A stretch of 64,000 bases of DNA, from NCBI GenBank assembly GCA_965662845.1, contig CBFIJD010000005.1, forward strand, positions 32,001-96,000, given 5' to 3'. Numbering within the stretch: position 1 is the stretch's first letter; each line of letters starts with the position of its first letter. Both the position numbers and the translations under genes were made by a program. Source of the DNA: an uncultured bacterium (GTDB taxonomy: Bacteria > SAR324 > NAC60-12). Positions 1 through 10,065 of the stretch are shown here, in pieces. The notes below the pieces were generated by a model that was not told the DNA's origin, ran no database searches, and saw nothing but the letters and a program-made list of their open reading frames with translations.

Positions 1-1
1 T

Positions 2-181
2 GAAAATCAGAAAACCGCCGCGACTACTGCGTTAAAGTCTTCTGCTACCGAAGCAAGAGCGACAGACTCCGGTGTAGGAACTGTGGTCTCAACTAGCCAG
101 CCCGCGACAGGAGAGGGTGAGCCAGCAAAGAAGACGCTGACAGGCGCTTTTCCGCGTCGTCCTCGTGTATGGCCAGATTAA
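2..181 (+). CDS. mcdB: Partial (5'-truncated) McdB-like carboxysome positioning protein, C-terminus
   Basis: Open frame from base 2 to TAA 179-181, missing from the ORF track: ENQKTAATTALKSSATEARATDSGVGTVVSTSQPATGEGEPAKKTLTGAFPRRPRVWPD*. Low-complexity, disordered-looking sequence ending in the (I/V)WPD motif of alpha-carboxysome McdB, next to csoS1D. Confidence 0.7.
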   Translation, partial: ENQKTAATTALKSSATEARATDSGVGTVVSTSQPATGEGEPAKKTLTGAFPRRPRVWPD

Positions 182-300
182 AGTAAACTACAAAAGACTG
201 CGAAAGTAACGCCCCCAGCCTGCTAACAGAAGCCAGATTTTGGCTGCCCTCCATAAAACTTGGATTGCCTCGATCCACTTGTTTCGATGATGTCGTCTCG

Positions 301-891
301 CTAGAGTGTCGCGCCTGTGTAGTCCTCATATCGAGGGGCACGTACTTGTAGTTTTCGGGTTTTCTCCAGCATTCGATAAGTAGAGCGGTTGTTGTTGAAT
401 CGCAAAGTTTGATGAAGCGGAACCCAGATAACTTGATGCGACTCGTCATTGCCGGGTACAGGCAAACTCGGATCAATTTCCACCAAAAATCGAATATCAA
501 AATGCTCATGACGCGCATCGTCGGGGGTGGGTTCGATGGTGTGAATGTCCACATCAAATAAGGCGTCACTTATGAGGCGAATGGAGTCTTGTGGCAGCCC
601 GGTCTCTTCCGAAGTTTCTTTCAAAGCGACCTTCACAATGTCGGCATCTCCATCGGCGTGACCTCCAGGCTGGAACCATTGACCTAGCTTTTTATGGTGC
701 AACAAAAGCACATGCTGTCGATCTGGGCTGACAACCCAAGCAGAGCCCGTGACATGACCGATGTGAAGCTCTCGATCAAAACAATCTTCATGCTGCTGGA
801 CAAAAGCGAGTGCCCGCGCCACATACGCAGCCTCGTCCATAAAGCGAGTGTGATAGTCGCTGAGTAAGCTTAATAATTGAAGCCGATGCAT
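301..891 (-). CDS. NUDIX hydrolase
   Basis: Nudix box PGGHADGDADIVKVALKETSEETGL; upstream HVTGSAWVV motif. Confidence 0.9.
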   Translation of the reverse strand: MHRLQLLSLLSDYHTRFMDEAAYVARALAFVQQHEDCFDRELHIGHVTGSAWVVSPDRQHVLLLHHKKLGQWFQPGGHADGDADIVKVALKETSEETGLPQDSIRLISDALFDVDIHTIEPTPDDARHEHFDIRFLVEIDPSLPVPGNDESHQVIWVPLHQTLRFNNNRSTYRMLEKTRKLQVRAPRYEDYTGATL

Positions 892-896
892 AGCGA

Positions 897-1511
897 TTAA
901 GTCCCTGATGGATTGTTGACTGCTACAGTTGCTGCTTGCGCGGCCTCATCAATAGCACCTTCTCTCCCTGCTAAAATAAGTCGTCCAAAGGCTCCTACCG
1001 CTCTGACGTCAATCAAAGAAATATCAGCTGCTTTTTCCGCTTGGTTTGCCGCATATACAATATATCCAGCAGGCTCTGTTTCTAAAATAAACATGCTCTG
1101 GCCGGGTAAGATCATATTTCCCCGTCGATCTTGACGATTAATGAGCACAGTATGATCTGGGGTCATACCTCGGATCGTTTCTTTCCATGCAATCTTGCAC
1201 GCCTGACGATCGGACTGTGTGGCTCCCATCGCAGAAAGAATGGCTCGCCCTGCCTCCACGACATCGCTTTGATCTCGCTGATGAATCACCATGGAGCCAT
1301 AAGCGCGCTCTACAACCTGCTGCGCCAAGTGAACACGAGTGGCTTTGAGCGCGCGGTCGGTGAGTCGATGAACTGCCATCCCCGGAGAAACTTCAACCCA
1401 AAGACAAGCATCACCAGGCACGGGAAGAAAGCCCTGAGAAGCTGTTGAGATGTAAGCGGCTAGTTGGGGTTGAAGCGCGTCAATGTAAACATAAGTACGC
1501 AAGCGGATCAT
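897..1511 (-). CDS. csoS1D: Tandem BMC-domain carboxysome shell protein CsoS1D
   Basis: [54 protein letters not shown] and VGAFGRL motifs typical of CsoS1D/BMC-T. Confidence 0.9.
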   Translation of the reverse strand: MIRLRTYVYIDALQPQLAAYISTASQGFLPVPGDACLWVEVSPGMAVHRLTDRALKATRVHLAQQVVERAYGSMVIHQRDQSDVVEAGRAILSAMGATQSDRQACKIAWKETIRGMTPDHTVLINRQDRRGNMILPGQSMFILETEPAGYIVYAANQAEKAADISLIDVRAVGAFGRLILAGREGAIDEAAQAATVAVNNPSGT

Positions 1512-1519
1512 ACAGTGCT

Positions 1520-3163
1520 CTATGATAAAATAATGTTGGCTCTTTCCAGCGCTTCTTGTCGGGTTGTGAGAATATTTTGTTCGCCAACTTGCTGCAAAAT
1601 TCCCATCTTCTCTAAACGCTGACGAACACTGGGCTGCAATCCGACGACAAAGACAGGGCGTGATTTCTCTAAATCTTCTAAGATCATTTGTTCAATTGCA
1701 AGAGATGAGGAGACTCCTAGCAAGGGCACTTCTGTAAAGTCTACAATGAGGACTTGATGATCCGTTAAGATAGCATACTGTCTCGATATCGCTTTAGCGA
1801 CTCCAAATATTAGAGGGCCTCCCAACGCAAAGACTAATACTTTCCCTTGCGCCTGCTCCATCAAAACTTGTTCATCTTTCGTCAGCCGATGTGAGCTGTT
1901 GTGATCTCGGATCGCTTCTAACGATTGAGACTGTATCTCGACCATCCGCTCTATGGTCAACAAATTCGCGATAAATACTCCAATGGCAACGGCTGTGATT
2001 AAATCAACAAACACGGTCAGTAAGATCACACCATACATCATCAGCGCTGCACGAGTCGAGACGTGATGTGCTCGCTTGAGAAACGACCAGTCGATGATGT
2101 CCATCCCGACCTTAATCGCGATTCCTGCGAGTACTGCGAGTGGTATATGCGCGGTTAGCTTAGCCGCCCAGAGCAGCACAATTAAAAGAATGAGTGCTCG
2201 CGTAATACCAGAGAGCGCGGAGCGTGCGCCAGCTTGGATGTTGACAACGGTTCCCATCGTTGCGCCAGCTCCGGGAATGCCTCCAAATAAGCCTGCGAAT
2301 AGATTACCGATGCCCTGCCCAAGCAGCTCTTTATCCGAGTTGCTTTGTCGTTGTGTCAGGTTTTCAGCGATGACAGAGGTCAATAATGCGTCAATACTAC
2401 CCAGCACCGCTAGCATGATTGCATCCACAACCATGCTTTGCCATTGGTCTAAGGAAAAGTACGGCAGTTGTAATTCTGGTAATCCCATTGGGATGGGGCC
2501 GATTTGACGAATGCTTTGCCCTTGTAAAAACCAAACGGCGACTAACGTCGCCACAACGAGCGCGACTAATTGAGGAGGTAAGTATCGTCCCCATGTCTTC
2601 GGAAAAAAGATGATGAGGCTAAAAGTTAAGACAGCGAGGGCGGTCTCTGCAGGATTGATCGCGGCGATGAGATCGGGTAAGGAGCTGATCGTTCCAATGA
2701 CACCTCCCGGAGGGGGGGCTTGTCCTAAGATGGGGCCTAGTTGCAGGATGATTAAAATCACGCCAATCCCCGTCATAAATCCAGAGATGACGGTGTAAGG
2801 CATCATCGTGACATAGCGGCCTAGCTTGAGCGCGCCGAAGATCATTTGGAATACTCCGGCGAGCATGACGACCGTGAAGGCCATCGCCATGCCCTGCTCA
2901 GGATCTGCCGCGATTAAACTGGCAATCACGGCCGTGATGATGACCGTCATCGGGCCGGTCGGTTCGGATATTAAGGTGGGAGTGCTGCCAAACAAAGTCG
3001 CAAACAGCCCCACGAGGACAGCCCCGTAAAGACCAGCCGCTGGGCCTGCTCCTGACGCGACCCCAAACGCTAATGCCATTGGAAGGGCAATGATTGCTGC
3101 GGTGACTCCGCCAAAAATGTCTCCCCGAAGATTGTCAAACCGGATCTCATTCAACAGCTGCAT
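1520..3163 (-). CDS. bicA: SulP/SLC26 anion transporter with STAS domain, BicA-like bicarbonate transporter
   Basis: [35 protein letters not shown] and [12 protein letters not shown] motifs, C-terminal STAS domain, co-oriented with csoS1D. Confidence 0.85.
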   Translation of the reverse strand: MQLLNEIRFDNLRGDIFGGVTAAIIALPMALAFGVASGAGPAAGLYGAVLVGLFATLFGSTPTLISEPTGPMTVIITAVIASLIAADPEQGMAMAFTVVMLAGVFQMIFGALKLGRYVTMMPYTVISGFMTGIGVILIILQLGPILGQAPPPGGVIGTISSLPDLIAAINPAETALAVLTFSLIIFFPKTWGRYLPPQLVALVVATLVAVWFLQGQSIRQIGPIPMGLPELQLPYFSLDQWQSMVVDAIMLAVLGSIDALLTSVIAENLTQRQSNSDKELLGQGIGNLFAGLFGGIPGAGATMGTVVNIQAGARSALSGITRALILLIVLLWAAKLTAHIPLAVLAGIAIKVGMDIIDWSFLKRAHHVSTRAALMMYGVILLTVFVDLITAVAIGVFIANLLTIERMVEIQSQSLEAIRDHNSSHRLTKDEQVLMEQAQGKVLVFALGGPLIFGVAKAISRQYAILTDHQVLIVDFTEVPLLGVSSSLAIEQMILEDLEKSRPVFVVGLQPSVRQRLEKMGILQQVGEQNILTTRQEALERANIILS

Positions 3164-3570
3164 TTCATGTCCCCCTCTTCGACGTTTAGATGCTCTTTTT
3201 TTATTATTTCTGTGTTCTATATCGCCGCTATTAAATATTTCTGCAACGATAGATTTCGGATTTTAATGCTCAAATACAGACGTTTGATCGATTTACCAAC
3301 TTAAATTTGAACCAAGGCACGGTCTTTAGATTTCGTTAAAAACATTGCGTTGACTAAAGCGGTATCAAGGCAATTTTAGCATGAAATTTGACGCCGCTCA
3401 TCGCAGCAAGATTTCAGTAGATTTTCAGGGGCGACGGAGGGGGATAGTTTGTTGTCCTTGCGGACGAGCGCCGAGCCGCGGGAACGGTTCGACGCTTTTT
3501 CGGGGGTGGGCTCTAATCTCGCAGCGATCTCGACGCGTGCGGCCTTTGAGGTCGCCGGATTTTGCGTGTT

Positions 3571-4452
3571 TCAGGAGGCCGCTTGCCGCCAATCGTCGAT
3601 GTCCTCCCGCAGCCCTTCAAGGGTGCTGGCTTTGAGCGGTTCTGAGAGAGAGAGCCTTAGGAACTCTTCTTCGCGGTTCCATTGATCGACCTCGCCAGTG
3701 TGGGCAAACACGACCAACTCATCGGTGTCTACTACGCCCACGCTGATTCCCTGCTCTCCCGGTTGAGTCCAGAGCAGCGTGTCTTCTACTTTCTGAATGC
3801 GTTGGGTGACTTCCTCAATCAGTTGCAAGACCTGCATCAAAAGCTGGTCTCGAGGCGCGTTGTTGATGCCTGCTAGCGCCTGCTGGAGCTCGGTGCGTGC
3901 CTGCTCTTCGTTGACGTCTTCACTGAGGGCGCAGCTCCAAACTTCATGGGCCCCCCCTGCAGAAGCATACCGAACGGTCAACCAGGCGCGTTCCAGTCCG
4001 CCCATGCTCCGAATGTCTTCAAACTGCACCAACACATCGAGCACGCGTTCGATCCCGAAGGGGCCTTCGGGCAGCTCATGCCGCCACACTCCTTGCCGCT
4101 CTGTGGCCGCAAAAGGAAATTGTTCATAGAGGACACGGAAGAGCACTTCGAAGTGCTCGCGCGCGCGCTGTCGCAGACCATATTGATAGGTCTCCCCGTG
4201 GTGCAAGCGCTGTAAGTGGGTACGGACGGCCTCATGTTCTTCTGCTGGCAAATGCGGAGCACAGTGCTCCCAGTGGACTTCGGGGGCGTAGTGCTGCTCC
4301 ATGTATTCTGGAACCGAGATACGAAAGAGCGGGGCAGCATCGGCGTCATTGCCAGAGAGCACAATCCACTCTTGGTGCATTAGCATTTCCAGTAGCGCGC
4401 GTTCTGCGACGTGTTGCTGTTGGGGAGTCAAATCAAAAAAAGAGACAGGCAT
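3571..4452 (-). CDS. Hypothetical acidic protein
   Basis: Long ORF at the end of a co-oriented run; probable start MPVSFF at 4452 (the ORF extends to 4530); no family recognised. Confidence 0.6.
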   Translation of the reverse strand: MPVSFFDLTPQQQHVAERALLEMLMHQEWIVLSGNDADAAPLFRISVPEYMEQHYAPEVHWEHCAPHLPAEEHEAVRTHLQRLHHGETYQYGLRQRAREHFEVLFRVLYEQFPFAATERQGVWRHELPEGPFGIERVLDVLVQFEDIRSMGGLERAWLTVRYASAGGAHEVWSCALSEDVNEEQARTELQQALAGINNAPRDQLLMQVLQLIEEVTQRIQKVEDTLLWTQPGEQGISVGVVDTDELVVFAHTGEVDQWNREEEFLRLSLSEPLKASTLEGLREDIDDWRQAAS

Positions 4453-4489
4453 GAGAATCGATTGCAAAAGACGGTTGGAAAGAAGGCCT

Positions 4490-5053
4490 TTACTTGACGG
4501 AGGGAGTGACAGGCTGATGATAGACGGCATGAGAGCGCAACTGAGAGAGATACATTTGGTCGATGACTTGTAAGTGCCGACGTTCTTGCTGCAGGGCTGC
4601 TCCTGTGCCCTCGAAGCGAACCAGCGCTCTCTGAAACGCCGCTAGATGTTGCACGCCGCGCAGGCGTTGCCACCAGCGGGCGTTTTGCTGAACGCGATAC
4701 ATTGTCTTCCAGAGTTGCTCGTGCTCCTGACGCAGCCGCAAGAACTTCTGTTGGTCATTTTGCCAACGATGCCGCAACTGATTTTCCCAGCGCAGCAGCT
4801 GTTCTTCGTGTTGCTCCAGCGCGGCTCGTTGCGCTTCGTCAATGTGGGCGCCTTGCGCTTGCAAGTGATCCAGCAGCTCGTTGACTTGGCGCAACGCTTG
4901 GGATTCTGGCACGGACTCCTGTGGAAAAATCGCGAGCGGATCTCGGCTGAACAGCCAACGCAGGAACCACACCGCTAACACCACAGCGGCGATCAACAGG
5001 AGAATGAAGCCGTAAATAGAGACACGAAAGGCGACGTCGACCCATGCTTCCAT
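4490..5053 (-). CDS. Membrane-anchored coiled-coil hypothetical protein
   Basis: N-terminal TM helix followed by a Q/E/R-rich heptad region. Confidence 0.65.
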   Translation of the reverse strand: MEAWVDVAFRVSIYGFILLLIAAVVLAVWFLRWLFSRDPLAIFPQESVPESQALRQVNELLDHLQAQGAHIDEAQRAALEQHEEQLLRWENQLRHRWQNDQQKFLRLRQEHEQLWKTMYRVQQNARWWQRLRGVQHLAAFQRALVRFEGTGAALQQERRHLQVIDQMYLSQLRSHAVYHQPVTPSVK

Positions 5054-5065
5054 GCGGGGTTTTTC

Positions 5066-6955
5066 TTAGAGGCGGTTGCTCATCGCCAGCGGCGCTTCTT
5101 CTGGGACAGGCGACAGCAAAGGAATCAGAGGTGGCAATGTGAGCGATTGCTGTATCGCAATCGGGTCATTTTGAAGCTGAAACTGACGCAGCGTCCGCTG
5201 ATATGCTGTTTGGTCATTCAATTGGCGATAGACGGTGACCAGTCGATCCAAGAAGAGAGTTTGAAAGGCCGACTCGTTCCGCAGCGCGTTCTCCAGCAAA
5301 ACCCGAGCTTTCTCAAATTGACGCGTGACTAAATACGATGAACTCAAAGCCTCCGTCAAATATTCTTGTCGTGGGTGCCGCTCTAAGCCGCGCACCAAGA
5401 CTTCTTGGGCGGGCTGTTCTTGTCCTCGGTAACGATAAATGTCGGCGACTAAGCGATGCGCGAGACCTTGGGATTCTTGCCGCGCTAAGAATGCTTCGGC
5501 GAGCACGAGGGCTTCTTCTGGGCGGTCTAACTGCAACAGGGTCATCGCGTGCAGATATGTGCTCTCCCAGTGGAAGGGAAAATCTTGTGTGAGCTCAGAG
5601 CTGAAGACAGCGGCCTTGGCGTACTGTCGTTGCAGATACAGTACCCTCGCCAGAGAGAACCGGAGCGCAAAAGTCTCTTGCACCACGAGCGCCTGCCGCA
5701 GCAAATTCTCAGCTTGGCCATAGCGTCGCTGTGAAACGAGCACATCGGCCCGCAAGGTCAGCAGATCTACGTTGGTAGGATCCTCCGACTGCAAATCAGC
5801 AACCGCAGCCTCCACGCGCTGGAACTCTCCGCGCATTAACTGACGCCGAGCCTGCAACAAACGATAAGGCAGTGGACGATCATCCAGCTCGAGTGCTTGT
5901 CGTAACGCGAGATCTCCTTGCAAAAAGTCTCGACGCTGAAACAACAAGGAAGCTTGCAGAAAAAACAGGTCGGCGCGGCGGTTATCCAGCTCCAAGCCTT
6001 GCTCTACATACCGCAGCGCTTGGGCGTAATCTCCTCCTTGCAAGCTCAGTTGTGCGAGACCAAGCAGCGCTTCGACGTTGGCGGGCTCACGACGCAGCAG
6101 CTCTTCCAGCACTTGCCGCGCGGCGTTGTTTTGTCCCCGGCCGCTGAGCAACAGCGCATAGATCATCTGATCTTCCGGTTCGAGCCGTCCCATGCGCGCT
6201 AGCTCTTTGATCCGCCCAAGGGCCTCGTCTTCTTGCTGTTGTAAGTAGAAGATTCGGAGCTGCTCTCGCAGTACCTCAACCCACTTGGGGTCTTGCTCTA
6301 AAAGCTGCTGCGCCAAAATTGAGGCTGGATAAAAATTGCTCTGCGCGATGTAGACGCGCAATTTCAGCAGCTGTCCTTCTCGGTTAGACGGCTCGAGCAG
6401 CAAGAGCCTCTCGACCGCCTGTAGCGCGTTTGGATAGTCCTGCTGTTTGAGATGCACACGCGCCAGTTGGAAGTATGCTTCGCTGTAGCGCTCATCTCTT
6501 TGCAGCACATCTTCTAAAGCGACTAGCGCCCGCTCATACTCGCGGATCTGTTCATAGGCTAGCGCGAGTTTGAGATAGAGCGAGATTCGGTCTGCGTCGA
6601 CTTGTAGGGCGGCGTTCCATTCTTTGATGGACTCTGCATAGCGGCCCTGGGCGTAGAGCACGCTGCCTAACAATTCCAAGTATTCAGGGTTGAGCGGCGT
6701 CTCTTGGACCGCGGTGCGCGCCCAGTGTTCGGCGTCGGTGTGCTCTTGCTGGTAGTGCAGCGCTCGCGCGAGTTCAAACGCGGCGTCGGCGTCGCGTTGA
6801 TCTTCGCTCAGGCGCTCCCGCTGCTGTTCTTGAAACTCCACTACATTCGCCCGGTTGAGGGGTTGACGTGGGATTGGGAGTGGAGCGCTGGTGCAGCCGT
6901 GCCAAACCAGACTCAAGCCGAGCAGGGGCGCGGCCCAACGGAGGTTAGGGGACAT
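5066..6955 (-). CDS. TPR-repeat lipoprotein
   Basis: Lipobox-like WHGC after a hydrophobic leader; many TPR repeats (LGSVLYAQGRYAESI, LALAYEQIREYERAL). Confidence 0.85.
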   Translation of the reverse strand: MSPNLRWAAPLLGLSLVWHGCTSAPLPIPRQPLNRANVVEFQEQQRERLSEDQRDADAAFELARALHYQQEHTDAEHWARTAVQETPLNPEYLELLGSVLYAQGRYAESIKEWNAALQVDADRISLYLKLALAYEQIREYERALVALEDVLQRDERYSEAYFQLARVHLKQQDYPNALQAVERLLLLEPSNREGQLLKLRVYIAQSNFYPASILAQQLLEQDPKWVEVLREQLRIFYLQQQEDEALGRIKELARMGRLEPEDQMIYALLLSGRGQNNAARQVLEELLRREPANVEALLGLAQLSLQGGDYAQALRYVEQGLELDNRRADLFFLQASLLFQRRDFLQGDLALRQALELDDRPLPYRLLQARRQLMRGEFQRVEAAVADLQSEDPTNVDLLTLRADVLVSQRRYGQAENLLRQALVVQETFALRFSLARVLYLQRQYAKAAVFSSELTQDFPFHWESTYLHAMTLLQLDRPEEALVLAEAFLARQESQGLAHRLVADIYRYRGQEQPAQEVLVRGLERHPRQEYLTEALSSSYLVTRQFEKARVLLENALRNESAFQTLFLDRLVTVYRQLNDQTAYQRTLRQFQLQNDPIAIQQSLTLPPLIPLLSPVPEEAPLAMSNRL

Positions 6956-7877
6956 GTGTGACCACATTGGAAGGTGGACTCTCGTTACCCTGCTGATCTA
7001 CCCAACGGATGCGATAGTGCGCAGGTTGCGTGCGAGAGTCTGGAAGCAAAACGAAAGTGTTGTTCAATGGTTGGGCAATCAATGGGGTCTCAGGCCAAGT
7101 CTTTCCGTCGGAGCTGCGATAAATGAAGACGCGATACCACTGCTGGTTGTGCTCTAGAAATTGCTCGTTCTGCCAACGAAAAGAGACCTTCTCCGCGACG
7201 GGTTCCCAGCGCAGGCGCAGCAACCGGAGGTCAGAAAAATCCAGAGAGCGCATCCCCTGCGGTAGCACCACAAATGAGGTGGAAGACATCGCTTCAGAGA
7301 GCGTCTCCGTTTGAGCGACTTCGAGACGCAGCTGCGGAGTTTGGGCAAAGCGAACGCGGGGTCCCGCAGGCAAGAGGTCAGAGCGCGAGGGCTCGCCTTG
7401 CGCGGCGTTGACGTGTCGAATGCGATAGAGCCGCACACGCAAGTCGTTCTCCAAGGGGGCGGGCGGATAGAAATACGCCTGATTCCCTTCGATTGTGATG
7501 CGTGGCGAGGGCAGGGGAAGCGTCAGCTCTCTCTCCAGAGTGGCTTTGCACCCTATGCAGACTTCAGGCTGCGTCCACTCTTCAATCACAAAACTCTGCG
7601 CCAGCGGACGGTTCAGCTCGGCTGCCTCTTCGCTGGGAGCCTGCGACGGCGTCGCGTTGTCGGACGGCTCTGGCACTTCGCCGAGGGCTGCTTGCAGTAG
7701 ACTGGCGTCTTTTAGGCGCCACGACAAACGGATGCGGTTGCCAAAATGTTGAGCGCGTGGATTGTCGAAAGTGATGAGCTCCGGTTGTTGGGGCTTCGGA
7801 CTCGGCGCCGTGCGGAACCCACAGCCCACAAGCAGCACCGAACCAAGCAAGGCCCAGACCAGCCAACGACTATTCAT
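6945..7877 (-). CDS. Lipoprotein with fibronectin type III-like beta-sandwich domains
   Basis: LVGC lipobox plus GFRTAPSP; IRLSW, CIGC and YRIRWVDQQGNESPPSN FN3-like motifs. Confidence 0.7.
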   Translation of the reverse strand: MNSRWLVWALLGSVLLVGCGFRTAPSPKPQQPELITFDNPRAQHFGNRIRLSWRLKDASLLQAALGEVPEPSDNATPSQAPSEEAAELNRPLAQSFVIEEWTQPEVCIGCKATLERELTLPLPSPRITIEGNQAYFYPPAPLENDLRVRLYRIRHVNAAQGEPSRSDLLPAGPRVRFAQTPQLRLEVAQTETLSEAMSSTSFVVLPQGMRSLDFSDLRLLRLRWEPVAEKVSFRWQNEQFLEHNQQWYRVFIYRSSDGKTWPETPLIAQPLNNTFVLLPDSRTQPAHYRIRWVDQQGNESPPSNVVTHVP

Positions 7878-9054
7878 CAGGGACCGTGTAGCGACGGCGC
7901 ACTGGGGGAATCAAACCCTGCGGACGAAACACCATCATCACGACCATGATTCCGCCAAATGCCAGCATTCGATAGTCAGAGAAGGCGCGCAAATATTCTG
8001 GAACCAACACGATCACAAGCGCCGCTAAAATGACTCCTTGCACTGACCCCATGCCTCCCATCACGACAACGCAGAGAATGATCGCCGACTGCAAAAACGT
8101 AAAGCTGGCAGGGTTGACAAAACTATTCTTGGCCGCAAAAAACACTCCCACAAAGCCGGCCCAGCAGGCGCCTAGCGCAAACGCTTTCAATTTGGTGCGT
8201 GTGGTGTCAATGCCCATCGCTTGGCATGCCAGCTCATCTTCTCGGAGCGCGACCCAAGAGCGCCCTAAACGAGAGTGGTCTAAGCGCCGCACAACAAAGA
8301 CCGTCACCACCGTGAAAGCCAGCATCAAAAAGTAGAGAAAGTTTTGCATCGCGCCAAACTCTAGCTCGACCGGGAGCTGAGGCTTAGGAAGATTCGGAAT
8401 CCCGCGCGGCCCTTCCGTGACAGAGCTCCAGTTCTCCATGACCAACCGGATGATCTCACCGAACCCAAGCGTGACAATCGCGAGATAGTCCCCGCGCAAG
8501 CGTAAGACTGGGATGCCGAGCATAATGCCGAACAGCCCAGCCAAGACGCCCGCAATCGGCAACACCGCCCAGAAACCTAAGCCAAAGTGCAAGTTCAGCA
8601 GCGCATAGCTATAGGCTCCCACCGCGTAGAAGGCGACATATCCTAAGTCCAGCAAGCCAGCGAGCCCCACGACAATGTTGAGCCCTAAGCCCAGCATCAC
8701 GTACATCAGGGCTGTCGTCAAAATCGAGGTCTGATACGGCGACATGACGAAGGGGAACACGCAGAGAGCCACGCCTAGCAACACGAACAGATTGCGGGTC
8801 TGTGCCGGGTTGTTTTGTAACTCCAGCAGCTTGCGTTGCAGGAAGCCCGCTTCAGAGCGAGACGTCTTGCGCTGCTGGAAGTAGTCCCAGAGGAGGGTCC
8901 CTAAGAAGGCGAGCCCGCCGATCCACACCAAGTTGTCCCAGCGCATTTCCAGCACGTCATCTAATGGGTCGACACGGATCACAACAAGCGGAAAGGCGAG
9001 CAACATGAACCAAATGGAAGACGTGACCGCGCGTTGTAGAGCCTCTCGCCACAT
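7870..9054 (-). CDS. livM: Branched-chain amino acid ABC transporter permease LivM
   Basis: GLNIVVGLAGLLDLGYVAFYAVGAY and RLRGDYLAIVTLGFGEI motifs. Confidence 0.95.
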   Translation of the reverse strand: MWREALQRAVTSSIWFMLLAFPLVVIRVDPLDDVLEMRWDNLVWIGGLAFLGTLLWDYFQQRKTSRSEAGFLQRKLLELQNNPAQTRNLFVLLGVALCVFPFVMSPYQTSILTTALMYVMLGLGLNIVVGLAGLLDLGYVAFYAVGAYSYALLNLHFGLGFWAVLPIAGVLAGLFGIMLGIPVLRLRGDYLAIVTLGFGEIIRLVMENWSSVTEGPRGIPNLPKPQLPVELEFGAMQNFLYFLMLAFTVVTVFVVRRLDHSRLGRSWVALREDELACQAMGIDTTRTKLKAFALGACWAGFVGVFFAAKNSFVNPASFTFLQSAIILCVVVMGGMGSVQGVILAALVIVLVPEYLRAFSDYRMLAFGGIMVVMMVFRPQGLIPPVRRRYTVPDE

Positions 9055-9965
9055 CAGACTTTCTCCGCGACAGACTTCCCAAGGATGCCCTCAGGTTTGA
9101 AAATGAGAATCAAAACCAGCAGCGCGAACGCGCACACGTCCTCATAGTCGCTGGAGAGATAACCCGCTGCGAAACTCTCTGTGCATCCCAGAATGAAACC
9201 TCCGAGAGCCGCGCCTGGGACGCTGCCGATGCCGCCCAAGACAGCCGCCGTGAAAGCCTTGATGCCGGCGACAAACCCAATGTAGAAGTTGATTTGTCCC
9301 ATGTGCGAAGCAATCAAAACGCCTCCCACAGCGGCGAAGGCCGAACCAATGACAAAGGTCGCAGAGATGGTGCGGTTCACGTTGACGCCGAGCAGCAGCG
9401 CCATCTTCTGGTCTTGCGCGATAGCCCGCATCGCTTTGCCCACCTTCGTGAACTGAATCACGCCAAACAGAATCAGCATGGACAAGACGGCCGCGATCAG
9501 GATCACGAACTCGGAAGTGCGGAGGATGTAATAGTATGGATCAAGGAACTCTAGGTCGCGCACCAGCTGGGGATAGGCCACAAACTCCGAGCCTTGGGAG
9601 AGCAAAACAAAATTCTGCAGGAAGATCGACATGCCAATCGCGCTAATCAAGACCGACAAGCGCGGTGACCCACGCAAAGGGGTGTAGGCGATTTTTTCAA
9701 GCGTGAAACCATACGCGCTGGCATACACGACGGCGCCGGCTAAGGTGCAAAAGAGAATCGCGACCTCGGAGAGTCCCGTCAGCATGGTGAGGACTCCAGA
9801 GATGATGAGGCCCATAAAAGCCCCGATCATGTAGATCTCGCCATGTGCAAAGTTGATGAGGCCGATAACGCCATACACCATCGTGTACCCCAGCGCGATC
9901 AGCGCGTAGATGCTGCCACGCGTCAACCCGCCAAAGAACAGCTCCAGTATGTATTCAAAGTCCAT
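9054..9965 (-). CDS. livH: Branched-chain amino acid ABC transporter permease LivH
   Basis: GSIYALIALGYTMVYG..LINFAHGE and KAFTAAVLGGIGS motifs. Confidence 0.95.
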   Translation of the reverse strand: MDFEYILELFFGGLTRGSIYALIALGYTMVYGVIGLINFAHGEIYMIGAFMGLIISGVLTMLTGLSEVAILFCTLAGAVVYASAYGFTLEKIAYTPLRGSPRLSVLISAIGMSIFLQNFVLLSQGSEFVAYPQLVRDLEFLDPYYYILRTSEFVILIAAVLSMLILFGVIQFTKVGKAMRAIAQDQKMALLLGVNVNRTISATFVIGSAFAAVGGVLIASHMGQINFYIGFVAGIKAFTAAVLGGIGSVPGAALGGFILGCTESFAAGYLSSDYEDVCAFALLVLILIFKPEGILGKSVAEKV

Positions 9966-10021
9966 GAAATTTCTTGGGGGGAGTGACCAAAGAAGGTGGG
10001 GGTGTGTGGAATCGCAAACAA

Positions 10022-10055
10022 GTTCCTGTGCCCGCTAAATGAGGAGCACAGGAGT
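10022..10055 (-). terminator. Intercistronic stem-loop after the binding-protein gene
   Basis: tcctgtgc (10024-31) pairs with gcacagga (10046-53), followed by TTGTTT on the minus strand; a typical SBP-permease junction. Confidence 0.55.
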
Positions 10056-10065
10056 CAAGGAGGGC

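Noticed and set aside
93..569. 158-aa minus-strand ORF
   Set aside because: It overlaps the NUDIX gene in another frame and lies antisense to the better-supported mcdB tail; no motifs.
3440..3520. GGTTCGA T-loop-like sequence at the island edge, a possible tRNA or att site
   Set aside because: No cloverleaf, acceptor stem or CCA can be built.
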